Below are positions 1 to 8,141 of a stretch of 20,583 bases of DNA, one piece after another. Each line of letters opens with the position of its first letter. Position 1 is the first letter of the stretch. Below the pieces are notes generated by a model. The model searched no databases and had not been told where the DNA came from. It was given only the letters and a program-made list of their open reading frames with translations. The DNA lies in NCBI GenBank assembly GCA_964014485.1, contig CAXHAT010000146.1, positions 1-20,583 of the forward strand. The letters are read 5' to 3'. The position numbers were made by a program, and so were the translations under genes. Source of the stretch: an uncultured Deferribacteres bacterium. GTDB lineage: Bacteria > Zhuqueibacterota > Zhuqueibacteria > Zhuqueibacterales > Geothermadaptataceae.

Positions 1-54
1 ACAGCTCACAGCTCACAGCTCACAGCTCACAGCTCACAGCTCACAGCTCACAGC
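1..54. repeat. Heptamer tandem repeat (ACAGCTC)n, truncated by window start
   Basis: Seven perfect ACAGCTC units (1-49) plus a partial ACAGC (50-54). Confidence 0.97.
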
Positions 55-274
55 CTTTAACATGGCAAAGCCTAAACAAAAAGCGGCAAACCGCAACAAT
101 AAATGATCGGAAAAGTGACGGCTAAACTTTCGCCACATCACGCCCTGCGGTCATTTTCAGATAAATTGTCGGTTGAGATTTGCGACAGTCCGGGCGTTGG
201 GCGCCAAGCTTCTTGCGCTTTTGCCGAATTGGACTTAAAGTTTTAACGAACATTACGCGGTTGATGTAAAAAAT

Positions 275-381
275 GGAGTGCAAGGCTTGCCTTGCCATTC
301 CACTGCGGGTTTTCTCAAACTTTGTTGTTAAACATTCTGAACTTGCTGGCAGATCAAAAGGCAAAGCAAGCTTTGCACTCC
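275..381. repeat. REPIN-like inverted pair of GGAGTGC-tagged hairpin repeats
   Basis: GGAGTGCAAGGCTTGCCTTGCC (275-296) matches the reverse complement of GGCAAAGCAAGCTTTGCACTCC (360-381) at 20/22. Each arm has its own small hairpin. The right arm recurs exactly at 12542-12564. Confidence 0.8.
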
Positions 382-451
382 TTAATTTTTCCGGTGGCGC
401 GTAACATCAGGTTTTAGAATCGATAATTTGCAGTGACGGAGCGTCGCTTCC

Positions 452-1288
452 ATGAAATTGTACAACACGCGAAACGGGCCTATCATAAAATCAAACCGCA
501 GTTTCTATAACTGCGGCAATGCAGACTGGGACGTCTTTGTCAATGACGATGATTTGTTTCGCAAAATGACCCGCATTGTCCAGGAAAATGTGCGGGCGCG
601 GAATGGGAGTGAAACGCTCGATTCCGTCTTGAAATCGCCGATCCAATCACAGGAGCTGTGGGGCGCTGGCGTGACGTATTTTCGCAGCAAGGAGGGGCGA
701 GAAGAAGAATCGAAAGACGCCGGCGGCGGCAAATTTTATCTGCACGTTTACGAAGCTGAACGCCCGGAGATATTTTTGAAAGCCACTCCGCATCGTGTTG
801 TCGGGCCGCACGAAAAGGTCAGGATTCGTCGAGATTCAACCTGGAATTGTCCGGAACCTGAACTCACACTGATGATCACCTCAAACGGAAAAATTGTTGG
901 CTATACCATCGGCAACGACATGAGTTCAAGGAGTATTGAAGGCGAAAATCCGCTCTATTTGCCGCAAGCCAAGACATACGATAAATGCGCCGCTCTTGGA
1001 CCGTGCATTTACGTGACCGAGTCGCCTTTGCCGAAAAACACCGTAATTGAAATGAAAATATTGCGGGCAGGAAAGCTTGTTTTTGAAGGTCGAACGCGAG
1101 TCGGTCAAATCAAGAGAACGTTTGATGAGTTGGTCGATTATCTTTACAGAGAATGCTCATTTCCGCACGGCAGCCTGTTGATGACGGGAACCGGCATTGT
1201 GCCGCCGAGCGACTTTACGCTGCAAAGCGGCGATAGAATCAAAATCACCATTGATCCGATTGGAACATTGGAAAATTCAGTAGAATAA
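452..1288 (+). CDS. Fumarylacetoacetate hydrolase family protein, probably 2-keto-3-deoxy-pentonate dehydratase-like (XylX/KdaD type)
   Basis: FAH motifs WGAGVTY, RPEIFLKA, PEPEL, GYTIGNDMSSRSIEGENPLYLPQAK and LMTGTGIVP. The sugar-catabolism neighbourhood supports the substrate guess. Confidence 0.85.
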   Translation: MKLYNTRNGPIIKSNRSFYNCGNADWDVFVNDDDLFRKMTRIVQENVRARNGSETLDSVLKSPIQSQELWGAGVTYFRSKEGREEESKDAGGGKFYLHVYEAERPEIFLKATPHRVVGPHEKVRIRRDSTWNCPEPELTLMITSNGKIVGYTIGNDMSSRSIEGENPLYLPQAKTYDKCAALGPCIYVTESPLPKNTVIEMKILRAGKLVFEGRTRVGQIKRTFDELVDYLYRECSFPHGSLLMTGTGIVPPSDFTLQSGDRIKITIDPIGTLENSVE

Positions 1289-1300
1289 GGAGCCCGCAAA

Positions 1301-2149
1301 TTGAAAGAGAATCCGGACAACGCCGGGAAGTATTTAAGTTCGCTTTTTTGCGTTGAAGACAAGGTAGCGGTTGTCACCGGCGGCAGCGGCGTTCTTTGCG
1401 GCGAGATTGCTAGGGGCTTGTTGAAAGCCAATGCGAAAGTTGCGCTGATCGGTCGCACGCGAGAAAAAATTGAGCGCAAGGTCGACGATTTCCGCATGAT
1501 CGGCGGCGATGTTCTTGGTCTTCAATGCAACGTTCTGAACGAGATTCAATTGCAAGAAGCCCGTGATCAAATTCTGGACAAATTCGGGCGAATCGACGTC
1601 TTGATCAACGGCGCGGGCGGGCAAGTGCCTGAAGCGGTCATAGGCCTCGACCAAAGCGTTTTCGACATGAAAATCGAGAATTTCGCGAAAGCGGCGGACT
1701 TGAACTTGAACGGCACCGTTTTGCCGACACTGGTCTTTGGCAAATCGATTGCCGAACAGAAGAGCGGCTCAATTATTAATATTTCTTCGATGGCGGCGCA
1801 GCGAGCAATTACGCGCGGCGTCGGTTATTCGACCGCAAAGGCGGCGATTGACATTTTTACCAAATGGATGGCCGTGGAAATGTGCCAAAAGTTTGGCGAA
1901 GGCGTTCGGGTCAACGCAATCGCTCCAGGATTTTTTATCGCGGATCAAAACAGGGCGCTGCTGACCAACAACGACGGATCGTTGACTGAGCGGGGAAAGG
2001 ATATCGTCAGGATGACGCCCTTCAAAAGATTCGGGGAGCCGGGGGAGCTTATCGGCGCCGCGCTCTGGCTCGCCAGCGACGCTTCAAAGTTTGTCACCGG
2101 GACGATCATTCCAGTCGACGGCGGCTTTAGCGCGTTCAGCGGGGTGTGA
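1301..2149 (+). CDS. SDR family oxidoreductase, D-mannonate oxidoreductase (Bacillus UxuB/YjmF)-like
   Basis: TGGSGVLC Rossmann motif, LINGAGG, catalytic YSTAK, VNAIAPGFF and C-terminal VDGGFSAFSGV. TTG start preceded by AAGGAG; 12 bp downstream of the FAH gene. Confidence 0.88.
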   Translation: MKENPDNAGKYLSSLFCVEDKVAVVTGGSGVLCGEIARGLLKANAKVALIGRTREKIERKVDDFRMIGGDVLGLQCNVLNEIQLQEARDQILDKFGRIDVLINGAGGQVPEAVIGLDQSVFDMKIENFAKAADLNLNGTVLPTLVFGKSIAEQKSGSIINISSMAAQRAITRGVGYSTAKAAIDIFTKWMAVEMCQKFGEGVRVNAIAPGFFIADQNRALLTNNDGSLTERGKDIVRMTPFKRFGEPGELIGAALWLASDASKFVTGTIIPVDGGFSAFSGV

Positions 2150-2171
2150 TTATAAGGCCAAGAGCTTTGCT

Positions 2172-3758
2172 CTAATCACCGGTTCTTTCCGAATATTCAA
2201 ACCAATCAAAATCGGCGTGTTTTCCATGCCCGCTCAGGTCTTGGGCGCACAAGCCGACAAAAGCCCCGGTAAAGGTGAGTTCGCCGTAGTCGTCTGAGAG
2301 CTTGGTTGCGTCCAACGCCGGACCAACCTTTTGCCATTGTTCATCATTGGGCGCATACCAAAATTGCAGGATTTCTTTCGAAAAAACGACTTTGAGCGAA
2401 ATTGGACCTTCATCCAGCTCGACCGGTTCTTTTAAACAAAAGCGCATTTCGTTTTGATCCATCTCAAACAGGTTCAAAACTTTCCCAAGACGCTCATCGT
2501 GGCTGATGAAAAGATAGTAGTGGCAAGTCGTGTCGTAGAAAGCGGTGAGTCCGGCCATGTGCTGGAAAGTTTCGGGATTAAATTCCAGGCGCGTCGACGC
2601 CTCGCAATAAAAATGCTGCACGCGGCGTGTCACCAGGCTCTGGCGATGCCGCGAACTCAGCGTTTCTTGCCCTCTAAGTCTGAGCCAGCCGGGACGCTCA
2701 ACAAGCGACAGCCACGAATCATCCGCGGGGATGCGCAAGGTTTGATAAATCAGATCAAGTTCACTGCGATCAAAATCGTCGCGTGCGAGAGGCTGAGCAA
2801 AGGGCACTGCAGGCAGGTCTGGATGTTCAACTGAAGCGCGGGGTTCGTTCCCGCCGCCCGTTAGACGCAGCCAGCCGTCATCGTTCCAATAACATTTTTG
2901 AATCGCCGTTTCTCGGCCAAGTATGCAGCGGCGTTCTGCACCGACAGGGCGACCGCAAAGGTGCGCCAGGTACCACTCGCCGGTTTGCGTTTCGACCAGC
3001 GAGGCGTGCCCTGCTTTCTGCAGGACCAATTCCGGGTTATTCGCCGAGGTCAGCATCGGCGTTTGCGGATCGATTTCGTAAGGCCCGTCAATGGATTTTG
3101 AGCGCGCCATGGTGACGGCGTGTTCGTATTCGGTGCCGCCCTCTGCGGTCATCAAATAATAAAACCCGTTTCGTTTGTAAATATGCGGCCCTTCAGTCAG
3201 CCCGATTGGCGTGCCCTTGAAAATCGTTTTGACCGGCCCGGTCAGCCGCTTTTCTCCCGGATCGTATTCCTGCAGAATAATGCCGCCAAAGTATTCCTTA
3301 ATATCCCGCCCGCGATAATCCCAAATGATGTTCGAAAACCATTTTCGTCCGTCATCATCATGGAATAATGACGGGTCGAAGCCGCCGGAATTCATGTGAA
3401 TCGGCTCCGACCACGGCCCGGTGATCTCCGGGGCCGTGACGAGGTAATTGTGCGCGTCTTTGTAATTGAAAACGTCGCGCCAATTCTTCATGTCGGTATA
3501 GCAGAGATAAAAAAGGCCGTCATCCCAGGTCAGGCACGGCGCCCAAATCCCGCCGGAGTCGGCATTGCCGCGCATGTCAAGTTGCGAAACGCGATTTAGC
3601 GGCCGAGCGATGAGGCGCCAATTAACCAAATCTTTGGAATGATAGATCATGACCCCGGGAAACCATTCGAAGGTGGAGGTAGCGAGGTAATAATCTTCAT
3701 TCACACGCAGAATCGACGGGTCGGGATGGAAACCGGGAAGAATGGGGTTTTGAATCAT
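2172..3758 (-). CDS. xynB: GH43 beta-xylosidase/alpha-L-arabinofuranosidase with C-terminal beta-sandwich
   Basis: NPILPGFHPDPSI, STFEWFPG, GIWAP, GFDPSLF, TEGPHIY, KAGHASL, LGRET and FTGAFVG. No signal peptide, so probably cytoplasmic. Confidence 0.93.
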   Translation of the reverse strand: MIQNPILPGFHPDPSILRVNEDYYLATSTFEWFPGVMIYHSKDLVNWRLIARPLNRVSQLDMRGNADSGGIWAPCLTWDDGLFYLCYTDMKNWRDVFNYKDAHNYLVTAPEITGPWSEPIHMNSGGFDPSLFHDDDGRKWFSNIIWDYRGRDIKEYFGGIILQEYDPGEKRLTGPVKTIFKGTPIGLTEGPHIYKRNGFYYLMTAEGGTEYEHAVTMARSKSIDGPYEIDPQTPMLTSANNPELVLQKAGHASLVETQTGEWYLAHLCGRPVGAERRCILGRETAIQKCYWNDDGWLRLTGGGNEPRASVEHPDLPAVPFAQPLARDDFDRSELDLIYQTLRIPADDSWLSLVERPGWLRLRGQETLSSRHRQSLVTRRVQHFYCEASTRLEFNPETFQHMAGLTAFYDTTCHYYLFISHDERLGKVLNLFEMDQNEMRFCLKEPVELDEGPISLKVVFSKEILQFWYAPNDEQWQKVGPALDATKLSDDYGELTFTGAFVGLCAQDLSGHGKHADFDWFEYSERTGD

Positions 3759-3801
3759 GTGTGTCGTCTAATCAAGTTATTCGATGATAAATTCAGCGTC
3801 G

Positions 3802-5166
3802 TTACGCTGACGCGGCTTGTTTGCGGGCTTCAAGCTCAACCTGGATTTCGTTACAACGATCTCTGGTCAATTTATAGCGAGAAACGATGCCAAAAACAAG
3901 CAGGTGACCAATTGCCGGTATGACGGTAAATAAAAGAACAATCCCTTGAATCGTAATCGGCGATTGCGTCGTCGCCTCGCTTTGATAGCCGTAATAAGCC
4001 AAAACCCATCCAACCATCGCACCGCCGAGCGCCATGCCCAATTTGAGGGTAAACAATGCGCCGGAAAATACCAGCCCGGTAATGCGCCGCCCGGTTTTGT
4101 ACTCGCCATAGTCGACCGTATCTGCCATCATGCCCCAGAGAATCGGGCTCGCCATTTGCCCAAAAAACTGAACGATGATATAAAAACCAAAAATAAGCGC
4201 GACGTCGGTGCTGCCTAAAAAATACAAGCCAACGGACAACACCGTGATAATGCCTTGAATCAGCATGTACGCCTTAACGTTCGACATGCGCTTCGTCATC
4301 GAGCTCGCGAATCCGGCTCCAATCATCGCCGCAATCGTGCCGGTGGTCAAAAACGCGGGAATCAGGTCTTCGCGCACCATGAACCACTTCAGGTAGTAAA
4401 TCGCCGTGCTGCCGCGAATGACCAATGGCATCAGCAAAACAAAATTCAATACGGCGACGACGCGCCACTGGTCGTTTGCAAAAAGCCCTTTAAGATCCTG
4501 CCAAAAGTTGGTGGACGTTTCTGCAACCTGCGTTACGCGCTCTTTGGTCATAAAAAAACAAGCGACAAACAGCACCACGGCGAATGCGCCGAAAACGCCC
4601 ATCGCCAAGGGGAAGCCTCTTTGTTGGTTGCCGTCGCCCAAATAATCGACAAGCGGCAGCATCGCTGAAGCGATCAGTACGCCCGCGGAAGTGGCGAGAA
4701 AAAACCGGTAGCTGTTAAGCGAAACGCGCTCTTGCGAGTCCGACGTAATCACCCCGCCCAGCGCGCAGTAAGGAATATTGATCGCGGTGTAAATGATCAT
4801 CAAAAGAGAGTACGTGATGTATGCGTAAATCAGTTTGCCGTCGGGCGAGTAATCCGGCGTGACGAACGCCAGTGCGGTGATGACGGCGTATGGAATGGCA
4901 AGCCAGAGCAAGTAGGGTCGGAACTTGCCCCATCTCGTGTTCGTGCGGTCGCAAAGCGCGCCCATAACCGGGTCGGTGACGGCGTCAATAATGCGCACGA
5001 GCAGGAAAAGCGTGCCCATCGCCGCAGCGCTGATGCCGAAAATGTCTGTGTAAAAAAACGCCAGATACATCATCACTGACTGAAAAACGATGTTGCTGGC
5101 CGTATCTCCGAGTCCGTAACCGATTTTTTCCTTCGGGCTGATCCGTTCAGTCGCCTTCTCCGTCAT
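3802..5166 (-). CDS. Glycoside-pentoside-hexuronide (GPH):cation symporter, MFS; likely xyloside/xylo-oligosaccharide transporter
   Basis: EKIGYGLGD, DAVTDPVMG..DRT.TRWGKFRPY, NIPYCALG and ADTVDYGEYKTGRR, with about 12 hydrophobic segments. Start moved from 5253 to ATG 5166 (MTEKATERIS), which has AAAAGGCG upstream. Confidence 0.92.
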   Translation of the reverse strand: MTEKATERISPKEKIGYGLGDTASNIVFQSVMMYLAFFYTDIFGISAAAMGTLFLLVRIIDAVTDPVMGALCDRTNTRWGKFRPYLLWLAIPYAVITALAFVTPDYSPDGKLIYAYITYSLLMIIYTAINIPYCALGGVITSDSQERVSLNSYRFFLATSAGVLIASAMLPLVDYLGDGNQQRGFPLAMGVFGAFAVVLFVACFFMTKERVTQVAETSTNFWQDLKGLFANDQWRVVAVLNFVLLMPLVIRGSTAIYYLKWFMVREDLIPAFLTTGTIAAMIGAGFASSMTKRMSNVKAYMLIQGIITVLSVGLYFLGSTDVALIFGFYIIVQFFGQMASPILWGMMADTVDYGEYKTGRRITGLVFSGALFTLKLGMALGGAMVGWVLAYYGYQSEATTQSPITIQGIVLLFTVIPAIGHLLVFGIVSRYKLTRDRCNEIQVELEARKQAASA

Positions 5167-5410
5167 CTGTTCGCCTTTTTGATGAATGTTCGAATTTCTC
5201 GGTCCAATGCTTTTTATTGCATTGCAAGAAAAACGTGTGGGCGTGAATTCCAAGTCATTTCATCTCGAACAGCTAGAATGAACGCGTCATACGGGGCGGA
5301 AGCGGGAATTGGAGAAAAAAGGTGGGGAAAATTCTGCTTAGGATTTTGGCTGCACGGCTCACCTGGAATGTTCGTGACTCCGCGCACCTGGTCGCTGAAA
5401 TATGGCGAGA

Positions 5411-6187
5411 TTATTCTCTGACGTATCGAGGGTAGGTGCGCTTGGCGTTTTCTGCAACTTTCAGATCGATCTCAACCGTGAGAAAAGGCTGTTCTTGCGA
5501 GGTCACGCCGAGAACCTCGCCTTCTTCCGGCTCGATGATCCAGCCTGCTCCGGCCCAGTTAAGGCCGTGCTTATCCATACCGCCGAAATTGGAAGAAAGA
5601 CAAAACGCGCCGGACACGACGGCGGCTGTGCGACCGCCCGCAATCCATTTATCTACGGTGGCGCCAAGCGTGGCGCGCGGGCTGAGGAGAAGATGAACGC
5701 CTTGTTTCATGTATTCGCGGCCATGCTCGCCGAACCACATTTCCGTGCAAATTTGAAAACCCGCCTTAACACCGTTCCGCAGAGCTTCAACGCCAAATTC
5801 TTTCGCGCCGCGTTCGTACCAACTTGCTTCCCAAAAATATTCTTCGTTCGGCAGGTAATGTTTGTGATGAGCGGCACGATAACCGAAATCCGCGCCCCGA
5901 AGAAAGCCCTCGTTCAATCGTTTGCCGTTTTGCACAACAGGACGCGTCCCGGAGATGACGGCGGGGGCCAATTCGTTTAACCGTTGCATCCATTCATCAT
6001 GCCGTGCAACGGATTCTTGCCAAGCCGAAGCATCAACGTTTTTCGAGCGCGCCAGCCAGGGCGAAAAAGGCATTTCGGGCAGGAGCACAAAATCGCTTTC
6101 GTTTGACTTGACATGCTCAACCAACCCCGCCCAATCTCTTTCCAGTCGATCACTGTCATTGCTAAGTTCACAAACGGTGATTTTCAT
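5411..6187 (-). CDS. Carbon-nitrogen hydrolase (nitrilase superfamily) protein
   Basis: Glu-Lys-Cys triad in LLPEM, HHKHYLP and QICTEMWF; C-terminal AKRTYPRYV. Confidence 0.9.
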   Translation of the reverse strand: MKITVCELSNDSDRLERDWAGLVEHVKSNESDFVLLPEMPFSPWLARSKNVDASAWQESVARHDEWMQRLNELAPAVISGTRPVVQNGKRLNEGFLRGADFGYRAAHHKHYLPNEEYFWEASWYERGAKEFGVEALRNGVKAGFQICTEMWFGEHGREYMKQGVHLLLSPRATLGATVDKWIAGGRTAAVVSGAFCLSSNFGGMDKHGLNWAGAGWIIEPEEGEVLGVTSQEQPFLTVEIDLKVAENAKRTYPRYVRE

Positions 6188-6218
6188 ATTCTGTTTTCAG
6201 GTTTACAGTATGGCAATG

Positions 6219-6246
6219 GTAGAGACGCGATGCATCGCGTCTCTAC
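6219..6246. repeat. GTAG-type REP-like perfect palindrome, copy 1
   Basis: GTAGAGACGCGATGCATCGCGTCTCTAC is a 28-bp perfect palindrome; identical copy at 12461-12488. Confidence 0.9.
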
Positions 6247-6314
6247 TGCATGCAATTGAACGCTTAAGTGCTTAAGTGAACAGCTCAAAAATTGTACGTG
6301 CGCCGTCCAATAAC

Positions 6315-7037
6315 TCAAGCCCTTTGCGACGTTTCCAGCGGCTGGATTGCGTCTGAGTTTTTCGATTTGTCGGACTCCACTTTCCCGCCTTTTAGCCGAA
6401 TAACCCGCTGCGTTTTTGCCGCCAGATCGAGATCATGCGTGACCAAAACAAGGGCCGTTTCCGATTCTTCATTCAGTTCAAAAAGAAGCTGGATAATTTT
6501 TTCGCTCGTCTCGGCGTCAAGGTTTCCCGTCGGCTCGTCGGCGAAGAGGATTTTAGGTTTATTGATGAAGGCGCGCGCAAACGCAACGCGTTGTTGCTCG
6601 CCGCCGGAAAGTTGCACCGGGTAATGATCGAGCCTGTCGCCAAGCCCGACGCGTTCCAACAATTTCGCCGCACGCTCACTGACATTTGCGGCGCCGCGCA
6701 ATTCCGCCGGAACCATGATGTTTTCGAGCGCGGTCAGTGTTGGAATCAATTGAAAATTTTGAAATACAAAGCCGACGGCTTCATTGCGGAGTCGCGCCAA
6801 GCCGTCTTCGCTCAGTTGCGTAATATCTTCCCCAGCCAAGCGGACTTTTCCATCGCTGGGACGATCAAGTCCGGCGCACAATCCGAGCAGCGTGGTTTTG
6901 CCGCTGCCGGAAGGCCCAACGATGGCCAAGGTTGAAGCTATGGGTAAATTGAAAGAAACGCTCTGCAGAACAGTGAGCCGCTTTAGGCCGCTCTGGTAGG
7001 ATTTTGTCAGATCCTCGACTTCTAAAATATGCGTCAT
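6315..7037 (-). CDS. ABC transporter ATP-binding protein, YbbA/LolD-like
   Basis: Walker A GPSGSGKT, GFVFQNFQL, signature LSGGEQQRV, Walker B ILFADEPTGNLD and LVTHD. Start reassigned to ATG 7037 (MTHILEVEDL). Divergent from a tesA-like gene, as ybbA is in E. coli. Confidence 0.92.
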   Translation of the reverse strand: MTHILEVEDLTKSYQSGLKRLTVLQSVSFNLPIASTLAIVGPSGSGKTTLLGLCAGLDRPSDGKVRLAGEDITQLSEDGLARLRNEAVGFVFQNFQLIPTLTALENIMVPAELRGAANVSERAAKLLERVGLGDRLDHYPVQLSGGEQQRVAFARAFINKPKILFADEPTGNLDAETSEKIIQLLFELNEESETALVLVTHDLDLAAKTQRVIRLKGGKVESDKSKNSDAIQPLETSQRA

Positions 7038-7070
7038 ATTCCGATTAAGCTGAGTGTAGTCAAAAACGTT

Positions 7071-7099
7071 TTGAAGTTCGTGTGCGAAAAGTCTATAAT
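7071..7099 (+). promoter_or_regulatory. Putative sigma70 promoter for the tesA-like gene
   Basis: TTGAAG (7071-7076), 17-bp spacer, TATAAT (7094-7099). Inverted repeat GTTAAAC-N4-GTTTAAC at 7119-7136 downstream. Confidence 0.55.
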
Positions 7100-7153
7100 A
7101 AAGCAAATTATTTGAGAAGTTAAACCAAAGTTTAACCGCACGGTTCTTCATCT

Positions 7154-7819
7154 ATGCACAGGCAAAGACCAAGACCAATTTTCATTGTATTTTCAATCAT
7201 CATTTTATTCTTCGGTTTGACCGCATTTTACGCAAAGCGTGCAAACAACGACGCTAAAAATATTTTGTTTTTTGGCGACAGTTTAACCGCCGGCTACGGT
7301 CTCGATCCTTCCGAAGCGTTCCCGGCTCTGGTTCAGAAAAAGCTCGATTCTTTGAAGCTCAATTTCAAAGTCATCAACGCCGGGTTGAGCGGCGAAACGA
7401 GTGCGGGCGGCTTGCGGCGCATCAACTGGGTTCTACAAAATAAAGTCGATATTCTCGTGCTTGAACTTGGCGCCAACGACGGTTTGCGCGGCATCTCGCT
7501 TGACGACACCGAGCAAAATCTGCAAAAAATCATCAACGCCGCACGGAAAAAATATCCATCCGTTCGCCTTGTGGTTGCCGGAATGAAAGTGCCGCCAAAC
7601 CTTGGGCCGGAGTATTCGAAACAGTTTGAGACGATTTTTCAGGAACTCGCTCAAAAAAACGAAGCTGCGCTCATTCCGTTTTTATTGGAAGGCGTCGGCG
7701 GCGTGCCCGAACTTAATCTCCGAGATCGCATTCATCCAAACACCGAAGGCCACAAGCGCGTTGCGGAAAACGTGTGGCAAGTCTTGCAAGCACTGGTGAA
7801 AAATGACAAAGTTGAATAG
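7154..7819 (+). CDS. tesA: SGNH/GDSL arylesterase (acyl-CoA thioesterase I / TesA-like), exported
   Basis: FGDSLTAGYG, NAGLSGETS, ELGANDGLRG and DRIHPN, plus a hydrophobic N-terminal signal or anchor. Confidence 0.9.
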   Translation: MHRQRPRPIFIVFSIIILFFGLTAFYAKRANNDAKNILFFGDSLTAGYGLDPSEAFPALVQKKLDSLKLNFKVINAGLSGETSAGGLRRINWVLQNKVDILVLELGANDGLRGISLDDTEQNLQKIINAARKKYPSVRLVVAGMKVPPNLGPEYSKQFETIFQELAQKNEAALIPFLLEGVGGVPELNLRDRIHPNTEGHKRVAENVWQVLQALVKNDKVE

Positions 7820-7847
7820 GTTTTCTGATAATATCATCGGCCCCGAC

Positions 7848-7916
7848 GGCATTTCAGCGCACGCGGGAATCCGGAACCAACGAAGCGCTATAGATTCCCG
7901 TCTGCGCGGTAATGAC
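7848..7916. repeat. Degenerate GTCATTCCCGC...GCGGGAATGAC-type palindromic repeat (CGTC/dRS3-like)
   Basis: GGCATTTCAGCGCACGCGGGAATCC (7848-7872) matches the reverse complement of AGATTCCCGTCTGCGCGGTAATGAC (7892-7916) at 19/25. Translates to DSRLRGND, a peptide I recognise from this repeat type. Confidence 0.75.
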
Positions 7917-7971
7917 CGAAAGCAAGAGTTCTCTATTTGTCAAGACTTCCGGAAATGCTTCGATCGCGTTT

Positions 7972-8081
7972 GGAAAGTCCCTGCCTTGCCATTCCGCAGG
8001 AATTTTTTTAGGCCACCAGGAATGAACGTTCCCGCAATTTTTGCGGAAAAGGTTAAAAAAGATGCTTCCAGCATGACAAAT
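7972..8081 (+). repeat. ~110-bp palindromic element (TTGTCATTCC...AGATGCTTCCAGCATGACAA family), copy 1
   Basis: Imperfect inverted arms starting at 7986 and ending at 8079 (17/24). Gap-free 85/110 match to the reverse complement of 13311-13420 (hand count). Confidence 0.88.
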
Positions 8082-8114
8082 CCGGCCTTTTTCGCCAGCT
8101 TTAGAAGCCTATAC

Positions 8115-8134
8115 AAAAAGTGTCAGGTAGTGAA
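8115..8134 (+). repeat. Solo copy of the MITE-like terminal inverted repeat
   Basis: AAAAAGTGTCAGGTAGTGAA is identical (20/20) to 16651-16670. Confidence 0.85.
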
Positions 8135-8141
8135 TTCCAGC

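Noticed and set aside
1..54. CRISPR array or telomere-like repeat
   Set aside because: Pure 7-mer tandem with no spacers and no cas genes, in an ordinary bacterial gene context.
122..364. 80-aa minus-strand ORF (also 16755-16973 on the plus strand)
   Set aside because: The first overlaps the REPIN and the second overlaps the cyclase 5' region. Neither has recognisable motifs.
5167..5253. Longer start for the GPH transporter (also 7038-7151 for the ABC ATPase and 18387-18431 for the small membrane protein)
   Set aside because: Family similarity or operon spacing fits the downstream ATGs. The extensions cover promoter-like DNA or overlap a neighbouring gene.
7803..8141. 113-aa N-terminal extension of the SpoIID ORF as a genuine domain
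   Set aside because: It is largely repeat DNA, overlaps the tesA stop, and would put the lipobox about 140 aa from the start.
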